Positions 26,792 to 40,777 of a stretch of 64,000 nucleotides of DNA are shown piece by piece. Every line of letters begins with the position of its first letter. Within the stretch, counting starts at the first letter, position 1. The stretch comes from Yuukianura sp. NJ FZ-2021. Its lineage: Eukaryota. Location: positions 5,332,001 through 5,396,000 of the forward strand of contig CM102284.1 in assembly GCA_046563655.1 (NCBI GenBank). Direction: 5' to 3'. Below the pieces are notes generated by a model that saw only the letters and a program-made list of their open reading frames with translations, was not told where the DNA came from and made no database searches. The translations under genes and the position numbers were made by a program.

Positions 26792-29700
26792 TCAACCTTT
26801 GACCTTTTGCTTAAAACTTCTTCTGACCATCATTTCTCCAGCATTTTCAGGCTGGACTCCGCCTTCTGCGTAAATGTTTTGACCATTTCCAGGGGATACT
26901 TCTTGGCGGGAGTAAACGAGGGTGGAATTTGGGCCTCTGCCATTGGATGACGTACTTCTTGGGGAGTCATGTTGACACTGAAGGTCATTTTCAGAGTTTG
27001 CGTAGGACTGGAACTGACAGTCCTTTTGACTAGAGGATCCAGTGTCGTAGGACTCTGCGTCATCGTCTGTACTCGGTGTGTCCAAATGAAGTGGGTTCAG
27101 TAACTTCTACAGTATCCAAATGGAAACGAAGACAAAAACATTTAAAGAACGGTTCGTAGTTAAAAAAGCAGTTTTTCTTTTATAATTGCACAGTTACCTT
27201 TCCTAAAACTGCTATCGGGAGCGTGTTAATTGCTCTTGCAACTCGATTTTCAATTAAGTAGAACATGTATTCATCATAAAGTAAGCGAAGAAGATGAAAC
27301 GATCCAAAACTTGCAGCACTCCGCAGCGTCAAATCTCGAATGACTAACGAACTGTCAACAAAATTATGACAATCAGAAACATTTCAAAATTCCATTAACT
27401 TTTCAAAAATTCTCACCTGTAGAAAGACCATTTGAGGAGAAAGTAGCGAGCTACGGTGGTATATCTTGCTGTATTTTCATATGGTCGTAGAACACGATCT
27501 ACGACAGACTCCAACCAAGCTGCCCATTCTTCCAGCGATTGATGTTGAGCCAAGGCTCCCTTGAAGTCTGCTTCCAAATCAGGAACAATATCGGTATTAC
27601 ATCCACAGACCCATGATGCCTAAAATTGCAAAAACAATAACGGATTTCGTATTTCAGTTTACTTTATACTTTCAATTACTCAAGTCTACAATCGATTACC
27701 TGCTCTTCGACGTTACTAAAATCAACTCGATTTAAATCATTGAGCATTTGATTAATTTGACATTCGTTTTGAAGAACAGCACGAGCCGCTTGGGCTAAAT
27801 GATTCAACGAAGTGTGGCGACGAAGCGTCTGTCCAAATGCACTCAAAACACTGACTTTGACTGCAATCATTTCTTCGGGCAATCCTGACATTGCAACTGC
27901 CATGCAATTCTCCACAACTTTGGCAAAATTTCTAATCGTTTGAGTCATAGCACCTTGTAAAACAAAAATGTTTTAAAATATATTCTTACAATATAATATA
28001 GAATCTTCTTTATTACTTGGTATGGGTCGTAGAACGTCAGGAAGAAGAATCACTGTCAGATTTTGGTACAGTTGATAATCGGTTCTGCGCACATAGTCTT
28101 GCACATGCGGAAGAGCACAAAGTGCAACCAGCTTGGATCTAAAACGTAGAAATTCAATTAATTGTACTCAAAGTAAATTGTTTCCGTAAAGTTTAATTTT
28201 CAACTAGTAAGCATATTTCAAAATTTTGAAACAAAAACTTACTTTGGTAAAATATTTTCGAGGTGTTGTTGCTCCTGTGTTGACGATGAGGATTTTTCTG
28301 TCCTGAAAAATATTCTCCAGCGTCTCTGGAAGCCCGAAAACTGGAAATTGATCATGTCCGCTAACAGTTGCTAAATTCACAAAAAAAAAGACATAAAAAA
28401 AAATTTCAGCCCAACGTCGTTCATTTTTTTAAATTCTCGCAATCAGGTTTTTACACAACCCTTCGTACTTTGGATTTTTCTTTTTTTCATTCGGCGTTTA
28501 CGATTCATTCTTTCCAAAAATTAAAAAAAGCTGACATTTTAATTAAAAAAACAATTTACTTACAGTACAAAGTTCTCGATACAGAGAATGAAAAACCTCG
28601 AGATCATTTGGACAAAGGTCATCTGGAAGGACAGTGTTGAGATCAAGTTCTGGTAGATTACTGATGACATGGGACGAATCTCCAAGGTATCGCTGCAAAT
28701 GCAAATCAAAAGGTCAAAGGTCATTTATGAAATTTTCGAAATCTTTTCGGTCACTGACCTGTATTCCCGGTCCTTCAGTAGGCAGGACACCGTTGACAAG
28801 TTCAGGAGAAGGATTATCAGGTTTCAAGAGTCGTTGACGTTTTGACGCAGATCCAGTTGTGTGAGAACGGGTATGTGGTGGTGAAATATCCCCGAAACGA
28901 GTTTGTGCACCGGCACTATTTTGTTGCGTACCGTTAGCCGTTGCATGGCGGTTCGATCCAAACCGAGTGTTGTTCATGATTTCGTCTATTGCTTTTTCAT
29001 CAAGACTGTTCAGCGGAGACGACGGTTTGAGTCTGATGCCGTAGTAGTGGTACTTGGAATTGCCGCGGGTTCCGAGTCGTCTTGTCCGCAGTCCAAGAAA
29101 TACAGAGCGAATCAATTTCCCAAACGATGCGGCATTGACAGGATCCAAGTTATGCTCATGCGTGTGCTTGATGTAGTGGTAGTACAGAGTCGAACGGGGT
29201 AAACTCACCCCCTCGGCCGTTTCGTAGTTGTCAAGTAGCCATTGAACCTAGAAAGACAAAAACACACGAAGGTCAAAGGTCAATTTTTGACCCCTTAACG
29301 CTTGTCATAGAGTTATTAGAGGTCAACTGTCACCGTGGCAGGGGACACGCGTGTGGTATGGCTAACAGGCTGACCCACCAAATTGGCATTGGCGGTTTCA
29401 CTTGAGTTGTTGTTTCCTGACGGAACCATGTACGACACATCGGGATCCTCCTAAGTTTTCAAAAAAAAAAATCAAAATTTTTATAAAATTCAATTCTAGT
29501 TTTCAAAATGTTAGTTTTTTGAGTGTAACCTGTTGCTGATTGTACGAAAGGTTTGAATGTGTTACAGACGTTGCTGTTTCGTAGTAGTGAGCTCCGCTTC
29601 CGGCGGAGTGATACAGTTGCCCCGTTTCTCCAACGGTGTATACCGGAAATCTAAATTTAAAATAAAAACATGCAAATATTTTATTTCAAATCCAAAATTT

Positions 29701-32700
29701 TCATAAACATTTCAGTATCTTTTTTTTTTTGAAAAGTTACACATTGTCTTCATTTGAGTTTGTTGCAGAGTTGACTGTGAAAAGGGGATGCTCTGCCGTG
29801 GGCTCTACATAGGTAACGTAAGTTCCGTTTCCTCGCATCCCTTCATCCCCTCTATCAGTTCCTGGGAAAAAGAGAAATCGGAGAAAGTTTACAAATCATA
29901 TCAAAACTAAAAAAAAAAAAGGCTTAACATCCGCATTTTTCTCTTCAATTCAAAATTTCAAAAATTCTATTTCAAATATCCTGTTTGGGAAAGCCGATTT
30001 GAAGGTGATGGCGGCTTAAATTGAGAATTTGGAGTTTGAAAAAAGAAAACGATACAATCAAAGATTACTTTGAAGAAGAAAAAATTGAAAACGAAATTTG
30101 AGTGCGTTTTTGAATATTATTTGAATCAACACTGATCCTATTACAATTTACAATCTAGTAATGTTCCGCGCTATCGTGTGCAAATTTAATGTGAAACGTA
30201 ATTTCTGTTCTAATATAGGAAAAGCGTAGGGATAAAAAAAAATGCAAGATTTTTTTTTTGCTGTCTGCTTTTCGTTTCCGGTGAAAGTTAGTTAATGTCA
30301 AAATTAGAGGCAGAACTTTTTTAAAGTAAACACAATTCTTGTGAAGAAACCAGCAAAGTCGCGTGTTTAAATTCAATTGAAAATCGTGTCACAGAAATGA
30401 AGCATAATTGCTCTTTTTCCTAATCAAAAAAATTGTTGGCAACTTTCTCCTCTACTTTTCACTGCTTTCCAAAGTTTACTAGGAAATGGTTAAATGAAAT
30501 CCAAGAAAAACAAACATGGACTTTCTAAACAATAAAGAAGCCCTCATTAAAATTACCCTTGAATTCACTACTATCTCTGCTTTTTTCTTTGCATCAGACA
30601 ACTACCTAGTAGTTATCTTTTACTAAAAAACGAGAAAACGAAACATTTCCTAGATGTTTTTAACTTTCTCTTTTAACTTGAAAAAAGAATGCTTCCATTT
30701 TCTTCCATCATACTAAATAGCTAATTGCGACACTAATCCCCTTCCCACTTTCTCCGAAACTGAGACCTAAGGCAAGCAGGTAAGTATTTTCCAGAATTCG
30801 GGAACAGCTTTCACCGAATTCGGAAAAACTGATCTCGAATTTTCGACAAAGTTCAAGTTTGAAATGGGGGATGAAGTCTTCTCGTCAATCTCCTCATTCG
30901 GAAGATACGGAGAAAGCTAATGGATGGTAGACTACTTTAGTAAGAGACAAACCAATTGTCGATTTTGGAACAGGATAAGTGATATGATTAGGTCCAATTT
31001 TCAGAATTATTCAGTTTCGTTGCTCTGTCTGTAATTTGTAACTAGAAATCTAGTCTATATACAAACTCGTCATTTTTAGGACAATTTTTTCGGATACGTT
31101 TTTTTTTCTACTCAAATTTCGAAAGCGGGAAAAAACAATTTTATGCCAAATCACGGGCTGTCTAGTTACGCTTTGATCCATTACTTTAGTTGCGAGTTAG
31201 GTTAGTTATGTTGACTTTGAGTCAATTTGACTTACCATTGCTTGATTTGATAGGGGTAAGTGAAGTGTAAGATAAATTGGCCACTCCTGGAACACAAAAT
31301 TCGGAATTAGCAAACAATAGGACTCTTTAGAATCGTGAGAACAAATCTAAAGAAAAGTTAGAGAAAAACTTGGAGATTCTCGGAAGCCTGAAAATCTTTC
31401 TAAAATCTGGGGAAAGTCAAGTTCCAAATTTCTGAAATCCTAAAACCTTGAAAAGCTTTACATTTCTGAAACTTAAGTTTCAGCATCGTTCTTTTTCAGA
31501 ATTTTGAGGTTAGAATTTCGAAAACTTACCCCCAGTGGCAGTGGTGATGGTGACATAATTTGGAGAAGAGCAATTGACTCCAACTCCGCCATGCCCATTG
31601 ACATGGGAGCTCATCTCAGACCCGATGTCAGCCGACGTCGTAGCTGCGGAGGTCCTTGGGGTTGACATATTCTGAAATTAACCAAATTCCATAAGTTCAA
31701 GGACATTGCATGACCCAGCCCCATTCCAGACATTTGGTTAACGTAACCTATTTCAGTTACCTGTGACGTCAGTTGTAATGGCGTGGGATCAGACACATTT
31801 CCTGGAGAGTGCTCTCGCTGGTCCACCTTCGAAGTAGAGAAAAAAAGAAAGTGACAGCATTAGTCTTTAGCCAAAGTGAAAGTAAATCCGAGTGTCCTTT
31901 CCTTAGAAATGGTACGAGATCCTCATTTCTATTAGTAACAGTATTGACATTGACAGGTTATGAAAGTAACATAAGGTTAACACAGTGTAACTCTTGTAAC
32001 CAAAAACCAGACGGAGGGGAATAAATAACCTTTAAGGACGCATTAATGTCTCCAGTGACCATTCATGTCACGACATACACCGTAGCTTGATTTTCAGGCT
32101 ACACGAGGGACATGAGTGACATGTCTATGCTTTCCCTGTCCAGAAAAGAATGGAAATCAAAAGGGAAAGTTGCCCTCGACGTTCAAGTGCTTTCTTCCTT
32201 CCTTTATGCAGCATTTCAGCTAGCATTTCTTTTCTCCCCTTGTCATCTCACATCATCTTCTCAATTTCCTCAGATTTTCCTGGAAGAATCAGTGTCCTTT
32301 GAACGTGATTCCACTTCTATTGTTCTCTTATCCAAACTCGTCTTCCACAAAAAATCTTACTTTTTTTTAACCTTTCATTCAAAATTTGTATTTGTTCAGC
32401 ATCTTGCGTTCAAGTTTGAAAAAGAAAGCAAACAGGTTGTTCTTGTCATCGTGTGCTTCCGAAAACACAGTTTTACAAAGGGAAATGCTAAAAACATTAT
32501 GCGTTGTTCGTAGGCACGTCCTGAAAACTATTTTCTTCTCAAGCTTGCGAAAAGTTGGACATCTTTGAGTTTTGGACTATGTATATTTTCCGGTGTATAT
32601 TACACATAAAATTTCGTATTTAGTTTACGTTTGCCGCCAAGAAAGTAGGGGAAGAGTGAGAAGAGCTGGAGGGGTGGAAGCCAATAAGTCAAATGGAACG

Positions 32701-35700
32701 AGAGCTTACGCGCCTTCCGCCTGGAGGAAACGGGGGCAAAAGTCGCGTTTTTACGACTTTCACTCCAGGAAGTTGAAAAAAAAACGTTTTCGGTCTTCGT
32801 TTTACTTTGTAGGAAAGTTTGTCAGAATTGAGTTGTTAGACGAAAATAGGTAAAAAGAAAGAAAGCTAAACTCAAAAAATTCGGTGAATTCGAGCAAGTT
32901 TTTTGTCTAAATAGTTACGTGTTGCATCAAACCTGGTGAGACGATGGCCACCATGACGGCGGTGGACACTGGTGACAAGGCCCTGGATTTTGCTGCATCG
33001 AAATAAGATATTCTTGGTGATGACGGGGATGTTGTCGTCTGTAGAGTCGACAAAATCTTGGGAGCATCTAACACACTTTGTCCTTTAACCTTTGGAGTTC
33101 AAAGGTTTCTAAATTTTCACTTATTTCCATAAACCCTACTAAAACTTTTTGATGTGGAAGTTCAAAAACCAAAATTCGTTGTTTCTGCTCACTGTTCAAG
33201 AATCTTGACAAAACTCGAAAAACCGTTGCTGTCAATTGCCTATTATTCTTCGTCTGATTTCTGGAAGGTTTAAGGAGACCATTTGTCGCTCCACTGGGTG
33301 ACACGTCGTCTCATGCTGAGATCATAAGCACAGTCTTTGACTTGACAAAGTCTCTCAATTCAATTCAACCCCGCCACACCATTTGTTCACGGTTCACGTT
33401 AGTCACGAGCAACAAGTAGTTTTGACAGCAGCGGTGCTGCTGGAAGAAAAAAAAGTCTAACCAGCAGGAGCTTCGGACTCCAGAAACTCAATTACAGCTT
33501 CCACCTTCGAGAATTTTTCCAGCGATTCTGCTCCACTTCATCCTCATCCTCCACACTTTCCCTTCCGGTTTCTTAGATTCTATCAGTGAAAGCTCCGTCA
33601 CAGGATTTCACCAGTTTCCGTTTTGTTAGGTAATGCTTTTTGGCTGCTTAGAAAGACTAAGGTAAAGCAAAGGAAAAAACGGAGGTACACGGATGTAACG
33701 ATGCTGCCGAGTTTCCTCTGGCTTCTGCCTTAATTCAACCACTTTCACTGGAAAAGGACAAGGAGAAAACATTTTTAGGTTAGGTTAGGCTTCCAGACTA
33801 GGTTAGGCTAACGGCAAGTGTTGAGGGGGCGGAAAGACGGGTTAAGCTAACCTAACACTAGTGAAAGGAAGCGATTGGGACTCTGTGTGGGGTTGGTGCA
33901 ACAGTTTTGATTCAACGGGGCTTCTTCTTCGATTCCCTATTCATTTCCTTTTTTTGTGTCGTACTTTATTTGATTTTCTACTAAAAAAAATGGTAAAGTT
34001 TTCTATGAAAAAAAAAGGTGAAGGAGAAAAAAAAGTGAAAGATCGAAACTGATTCAGGGAAAAATAAGAAAAGGAAAACAGAAAAGTGATTCAAACGGGC
34101 TTGGATTTCCGAGAAAACTGCGCCACAGTTTCTTTCAATTCTAAAATTTCAAGCATTTCGACTGTTTTTGGTTTTTGCATTGTTTTGGTTCTAAGAAAAG
34201 TTGATCAGTTGCATTTTGACACAAAAGGAGATTTAGTGAACAGCCTAATCAATTTTAGTCTGAATTTCTTCGGCTATATTTTCTTGGTAAATTTCGTCAA
34301 AACCAACAAATTACAAAATAACTCACTTTTACTGTGAAAAAATTTTTCTTTGGATCTAACAATCATAATTTGAACGTCGGAGAAAGTTAGAAAGGAGAAA
34401 CCGTAACTTTCTCCGCACAAACTTTTTCTATTGTAAATTTACCCACTTTGAGTCTGTTAAAAAAGTAACAAAAATAGGGGGAGGGGGATGACGGATATGA
34501 AACTAAAAAAATATTGTTGAATTTTGATTGGTTATTCAACGAAAAAAGTTTAACAAGCAAATCATTGAGTGAACATAACTAACCTCAAATTTGTCTATTT
34601 TCATAAAAAAGAGATCCAAAATATCAGATTAAGAAAGGGAAAGTTTATCTTCCTCTTTTGATGATCTCTTTCAATTCAAACTCTTTTTTTATGATCTTTC
34701 GCTACTACTTTTTTGTAATCTTTCGCAAAACTTGTTTTTTTTTGTGATTCTCCATAAAGTTTTTTTTGTAAAGATTCTTTTTTTCAAAAGAGGAAAGAAA
34801 ACTAATGATGGGGTGGATATTTGAAATGTGACGAAATTGCAACAGGTACGTAAGTAAAGTAAGGAGAAAGTTACATCTGAATCTTTCCAGTCTTAATTGA
34901 GTACTGACACTGAAAGTGAAAGTTCTTGCGGTTGTATACTAGTTGTAATAAATAACTTTTTTTGAGATTTTTTTTAAAAGTTCAGAAAAGTTTTAATTTG
35001 TTGCATTTTGAAGTGGTGAAAAGACTACTTTCTCCGTAAACTTCAAAACTGATGTAACTCTCGAGATATGAAAAGTAGAGTGAAAAGTTATGATTAGTTT
35101 TTGAAAGAAATTAACGCAGTCTCCTGAACAAGGAAAAAATTCCTCTCTTTTCCTCATTTGCGCTTGTCAAGTTCACGTTAATAGTCAAAGGATATACATT
35201 TAAAATTACATATAAAAATTTCAAAAAACATACAGAAATACACAATCTTAAAAATTTACAAAATTCAACAATGCAAAGAACTTTCCCAGTTAAATTGTAA
35301 CAAAACTGAAGTCACCCCCGACCACAGAGAAATGCGTAAAGGAAAAGCAGGCAGGGTGAAAGTTGAAAATGGCTTACCTTCAAGGAAGCTTCAAAAGCAG
35401 CACCCACCCTCCAATTTTCAAAATTTCAAAAAAACACTGAACAATTTTTTTGAAAATGTTTCAAACTACATTCCTCTAAGCTACAACACCCGTTTGTATT
35501 TTGCATACACTATAGCACTACTAATCCACAGTCTAAAGAGCAAAGTGAAAACAAAAGAAAGTCTACATAATAAGCCTAATGAATCCTCCCGTCTATTAGA
35601 ACTTAGATTCGCAACAGGCAAAAAATCTCCACCGATTTTCAGACAACAAGATTTTGACCTAAAGATGTCCGAGTCTACTATTAAGACGTATCTCTTTCCC

Positions 35701-37537
35701 CACCTAACCTAAAACCTCACCTAGTTGAACTCTCTAACTCTAAAAACTAACGTTGTTTTGATCTCTAAGCTTCTAGAAATCTACAACTTAGAAATGTAGT
35801 ACATTCTGTTTTTGGATCCTAGGGATTACTAAGTCTTCTTTTCCTGTGAAAGGACTACAGAAAAGCTTTCCCTCTGCCAAAACCAAAGGTTCCAACAAAA
35901 CCAGAACAAAATCCCAGGGTCTGTTTGAACTTATTTGAACAGGTAAAAATATACAAAGGGACTCTAACCCCACCACTACTGGAGCTTTACACACGACTCC
36001 CTCCTTTCTCTGCTCCCTTGTCAATGGAAGTCCAAGTACCCCCTCCCAGCATCCAACTTATATACGCAACTTTCCTGGTCCAGAATCCCAAAGTTCTGGA
36101 AGGGATCCAGTCACAGTTAAGTAGAAAACTTATGCGCAAGGTGAGGTGAGCACCGCCAAAAAAGGCTTCGTCACAGTCACATCAAACAGCATCTTCCAGC
36201 ACGATGATGATGACAGACAGACCGGATGAAAAGGACCATACAAATCCATTGAGCCGCACAAACGCCCAAAATCATATAACTTTCTCTTCAGCATCCAGTT
36301 CGATTCAACCTCCCCCAATTTTTTTTCTTCAAGATTTTGTAAAGATTTGGATCGAGAGTCCATCAGAAAATTATGGACATGGAAAAAATAGAAACTGTGG
36401 ACTGTGAAATTGAAAACCACCAGCAAACGCGTTCTGAAACCTAAAAGCTATGAAAAATTTTCAGAATTCAAGAATTTTTACGTAGTAGTTCGAGAATTTT
36501 CTAACATTTCATTAGTTTTCAGGGGGGTGAAATTGCGGCGCGAAAGCTCCACTATGACTTTCACTCTTTCAGTAAAAACTAACGTCATTTGAAGGGATTC
36601 GTTTACTTTTGTTAACATAAAACAAGTTCAAAGCAGTCAGTATACCTCTCCTCTGCTCTCTCATACAATTCCACCAACTTTCAAATTTCAACGAAGTTTC
36701 AAACAATACAAAACTCCGTCGAGGAACTACTAACTAAACAGACGCATAAACATGGAGCAACACAGAGAACAACGATCAAAAACAAACTTTTTTCTGCCGC
36801 CAATTTGATAATGGATTTCAAAGTGAGGAACTAAACTTCATGCATCACTACAGCTTTAAAAAATCCTTCGTGTTTAGAACTCATGGAATTTCGTTTTAGG
36901 TTTTCGAAATTTCCCGAATGACGAAAACACTGAACTTAAGATCGCTTAATACATGAGAAAGCAACAGAGGCAGATTCAAAAAAGGGTAGTTTGATTAGGT
37001 TAGTTTTTGAACATAGCCTAATTAACCTACTTATTCCCCTCCGGAGGTTGATTAGGTTAGCCCAGGTTCTAAAAAACGTTTTAGGGGACTCGGAATAGAC
37101 TGAAAACTTTAAACTCGCTTTTGGACATCCGACATATCCGGATATTGACAAAATCAAACGTCAAATCCGATGTTTTCTGTTCAAATTTTGTGCTTTCTGG
37201 CTTTGTACTTTGGGAAAAGGTTTGTTTGAAGAGTAATTAAGCTGCAAGATTGGATTATGAAAGACCTCTTACCACAAAGAGGTTTTTAAAACAGTCGCAG
37301 GGATGGTTTTGTTACGTGAATTTGCTTTGTAGTTTAGGTTATTTAGGTTTATTAAGCAAAAGGACTAACCTGTTGATTTGGTGAAAGGAAGATTGTGGTT
37401 GAGGAGCCTTCGCACACACTGCTTTCTCCACTTTCATCTTCACCTCCTCCACCAGCTGGAGTCCGCAACTCCTCGGCTTCCAGCCCCACCAATTCAAATC
37501 TAACGTCGTCCACAGGGATGTGTTGCTGTTCGTCCAT
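26792..37537 (-). CDS. Rfx: RFX1/2/3-type (Rfx/DAF-19-like) winged-helix transcription factor
   Basis: DNA-binding domain [30 protein letters not shown]...[38 protein letters not shown]. Dimerisation region [20 protein letters not shown]...[43 protein letters not shown]. Phase-compatible upstream exons reach 31826, with candidate first coding exons at 33067-32933 and 37537-37370. Confidence 0.93.
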
Positions 37538-40500
37538 AACGTATAGTTCAAAGTATTGTTAAGTTAACGTAGCAATGAGTTACGTTGGATTGACTTCCGC
37601 AGTTCAAATGACGGGGTCCTGCAATGTTAAGTAAACTTGGGTTTAGAAACGACTGGTGAGTTGGTATTCCGAGACAGAGATTTTATGAGAATTTTGACTA
37701 AATTTTAACGTCTTTTCAAAATATTGCACCAAAAGTCTAAGTTCTGAGAAACCTTGCCGAAGGTTTTTAAGTCCAAAGAATCTAAAATGACGTGATTGTC
37801 GACAAAGTTTTTGGACAAACACTTCAACTTGCAAGAATTTGAAAGAAGTGGACATAACTTGAAGAGGAAATGAAGGTGAAAGTCGCCAGTAGCTTTCAGA
37901 TTGTTGTGCACTTGAACAGTTTTGCGTTACAAATTTGTCCAAAGTTTTACGTTACAACTGATTTCGGGTTTTGCGTTACAGTCCGCTGTCCAAGAAGTCT
38001 TAAGAATCCGAATAACAAACGAATCTCGTCTTACTGCCTCCACTTATGACCTCTTCAACCTTAGCTCATTTCACTTTCTTCCAGATTAATTCACTCTACA
38101 ATGCACATTTCCCATTTCACAATTGTTTACTCTAACCACTTCAACTTTTCACTCTAACCTTCCTCATTCCTTAAAAAAACTAACCTAATTTATTAATTTT
38201 TTCACTTATTCTGATTAAAAATCCAAAGTAAACGCACTACACATTTCCTCAATAACTCAGACAATAATGAAAGTTTGAATGAAAGGTTCTGAACTTTTTT
38301 TTACCAACACTCCCGTTGTGTTATTACTTCGGAAGTGACTCATCATCAAGGAGAGAGGGAACCAGTGGCACACAGGAATCCAAATTGTCAATAAAATATA
38401 CCAGGTAGGGGTAGGCACCTTCACATTTAACGTATGAAAAGCATACGCTCCAATTCACCCCGAAAAAGCACACACAGGAACAAAAACGGAAGGAACGCTA
38501 AAAACAGCCCCGCTTTTCAAAAAAAAAATTGGACAAAGGGGTTGAACATCAATAACAGCTCGCTGAACAAGAAATGAACGATCTAAATCAAACATTAGCA
38601 AAGAAAATTCAAAAAGCTGCTCCTCACATGAACATTTTGAAATTTTTTAACAAAAATTTTCGAAAACAGGAAACTACAAAATTCCAGAAAAGAGGAAAGT
38701 ACAAAAAAAGTTGAAAAATCAATCGCAAATGAAACTGATTGGAGAAAGTATTTCAATTTCACTTTCACTTTTGAATGAAACAAAGCCAAGGCCTTTCGTT
38801 TTCAACTTCGCTACAAAATCTATCTCAATATTCCAAAAAATGGAACAGTTTTTTTATTTTTCGAAGCTAGGATTGAAATTGAAGAATTCTGCAGTCAGGC
38901 GAACCGAGACTCAAAAAATGACGACGCTCCTTCAAAACAAAAATCATTTCGTCTAGAACTTTTAATATTTGGCGGCTTTTTCCGCTTGAACATTTTGTAA
39001 TTTACTAATTTTTGTCTCTCCCTGGCCAAAAAAAAATACCCGGGAAGATGGATTAATCTTTAGCCATGTTTTCCCCTACTCTAAAGGATAATAATCCCCT
39101 GGTTCTAATTGACATAGGGAGAGACAAGTCCCATTGTTTGCGGGGAGTTTGCACAGGTAAGGCAGCATCAGCTTAGACTGTTACACTAAATTCAGTTTCA
39201 GTTGACTTCCCTTGTCTCCCTTTACAAGCAAACAGGAACTACAGGGGGAGAGTAAAAACCGAAATTCGGTTTTTACTTCCCCCTGCTACACCGTGGAAGT
39301 ATCAATTCTTCTAACCCTACGTCCGCCTTTCTTCCTACCGACAACTTTCCACCCCTATACACTTTTTCATCTGCCCTTGTTCTTCATCAAGGGTAGGAAA
39401 AATCTACCTTGCGAAAGATTTTTCCCACGCCTAACCTTAGAATTAGCAACGTTATGCATAACCTGACTCCATTTCCGTCTTATGTACTATAAAAAAAATA
39501 TTGCAAAATGTAATCAATTACCTAGACTTAAAATTTAACTAAACTAACAACAAAACTAGCAAAAAACCAACTAAACGCAACGTAACCGGACAAACTTAAC
39601 TTAATCCATGGGTAAATTAATTGAAATTCGTGGATGAAGCAAGAGGCGTCAAGAGGGAACTTTCTAAATTTTTACGGACCATTTCGACGCGAAATTTTTT
39701 ATGAAACGAAGTTAAAGTTTGCCACTTTGAAAAAAAAACGTGGTACGAGTGAAATTCAATTAAAAATAAACTTTCTGAACCTTAACTGCATGAGTGGATT
39801 TTTATTTTGCAGCACGGCTTTATTTTTTTTAAGAAAAATGCGAAAGAAATCAGAACGACTGAAAAAAATAATTTAGAAAGTGATCTTTCATCTTGCGGAA
39901 TAAAAAAGAGAGAAGAAGATCTTTGTGAAGAAGGCCTTGAATAATTTCGAGGAAGACTCTGTATTTGAACAGATTTTGAACAACTTTAGAATTTGAAAAG
40001 TTTGTGAAGATGATCAGGGTTGTTGTGGAGGAGTTTTTGAATGGGGAAGGAAATGATGATGCTCAACTTCAAAGGTGAAGGTACACACACAACCGTAAAG
40101 CTTTATGCTTATGCGGATGATTCCAGACAGGAAAAATTAGGAGAAAGTAGCAGTTGATGAATACTGTCGCAGAACTAATCCCTAGGTTGTGTATAAGTAC
40201 AATCGAATCCGAAATTTTCACAATTTTGGAAATTTGGAAACCCAAAATTGTAACAATTTGATGACTCCACTTTTTTGTCTGAATTTTCGACAAAAACATA
40301 TTTTCCAAAAAAAAAAAAGTGAAAGTACATCGTATTTCCTTTCTTACTCACAGACGCAAAACTACTAAAACCAAAATCAGAATTCAGACTTTTTTAGAAC
40401 CAAAAGAGATGTACTACATTTGGGATTCTGATTCTGGATGCCTTAGTTTTGTTAAACTCTTTCCTAAAATGTCCAGATCTGTGAGCCTAACAAAACATGT

Positions 40501-40777
40501 TAGTTGATTGGTTTAAATTGATTCTTTTAATCCAATTTGTAGAGAGTCCAGCGACCAGCAAGTGTCCAATGACAAAACAATCTGACAGTGACAACCACTC
40601 CTTGGACCTACATCATTCCAATGAATTTCGAAACAAACATATCTAAAATGAACCGAAATCCGAATCCGGAAAATATTTCTCCAGGAGCGAGTAAGTTACC
40701 AAGAAATCACATTATTAAATATTTAAAAAACGATTTTCCAAAATTTTCAAAATTTTCTGTCTCCTATCTTTTAAGCA

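Noticed and set aside
26830..27063. Second open frame in the last Rfx exon
   Set aside because: The phase of the preceding donor and the acceptor near 27107 selects the frame ending at 26792. There is no evidence for the other frame.
33775..33856. TTAGG-like runs resembling the arthropod telomere repeat
   Set aside because: Only 2-3 units, too short to call an interstitial telomere.
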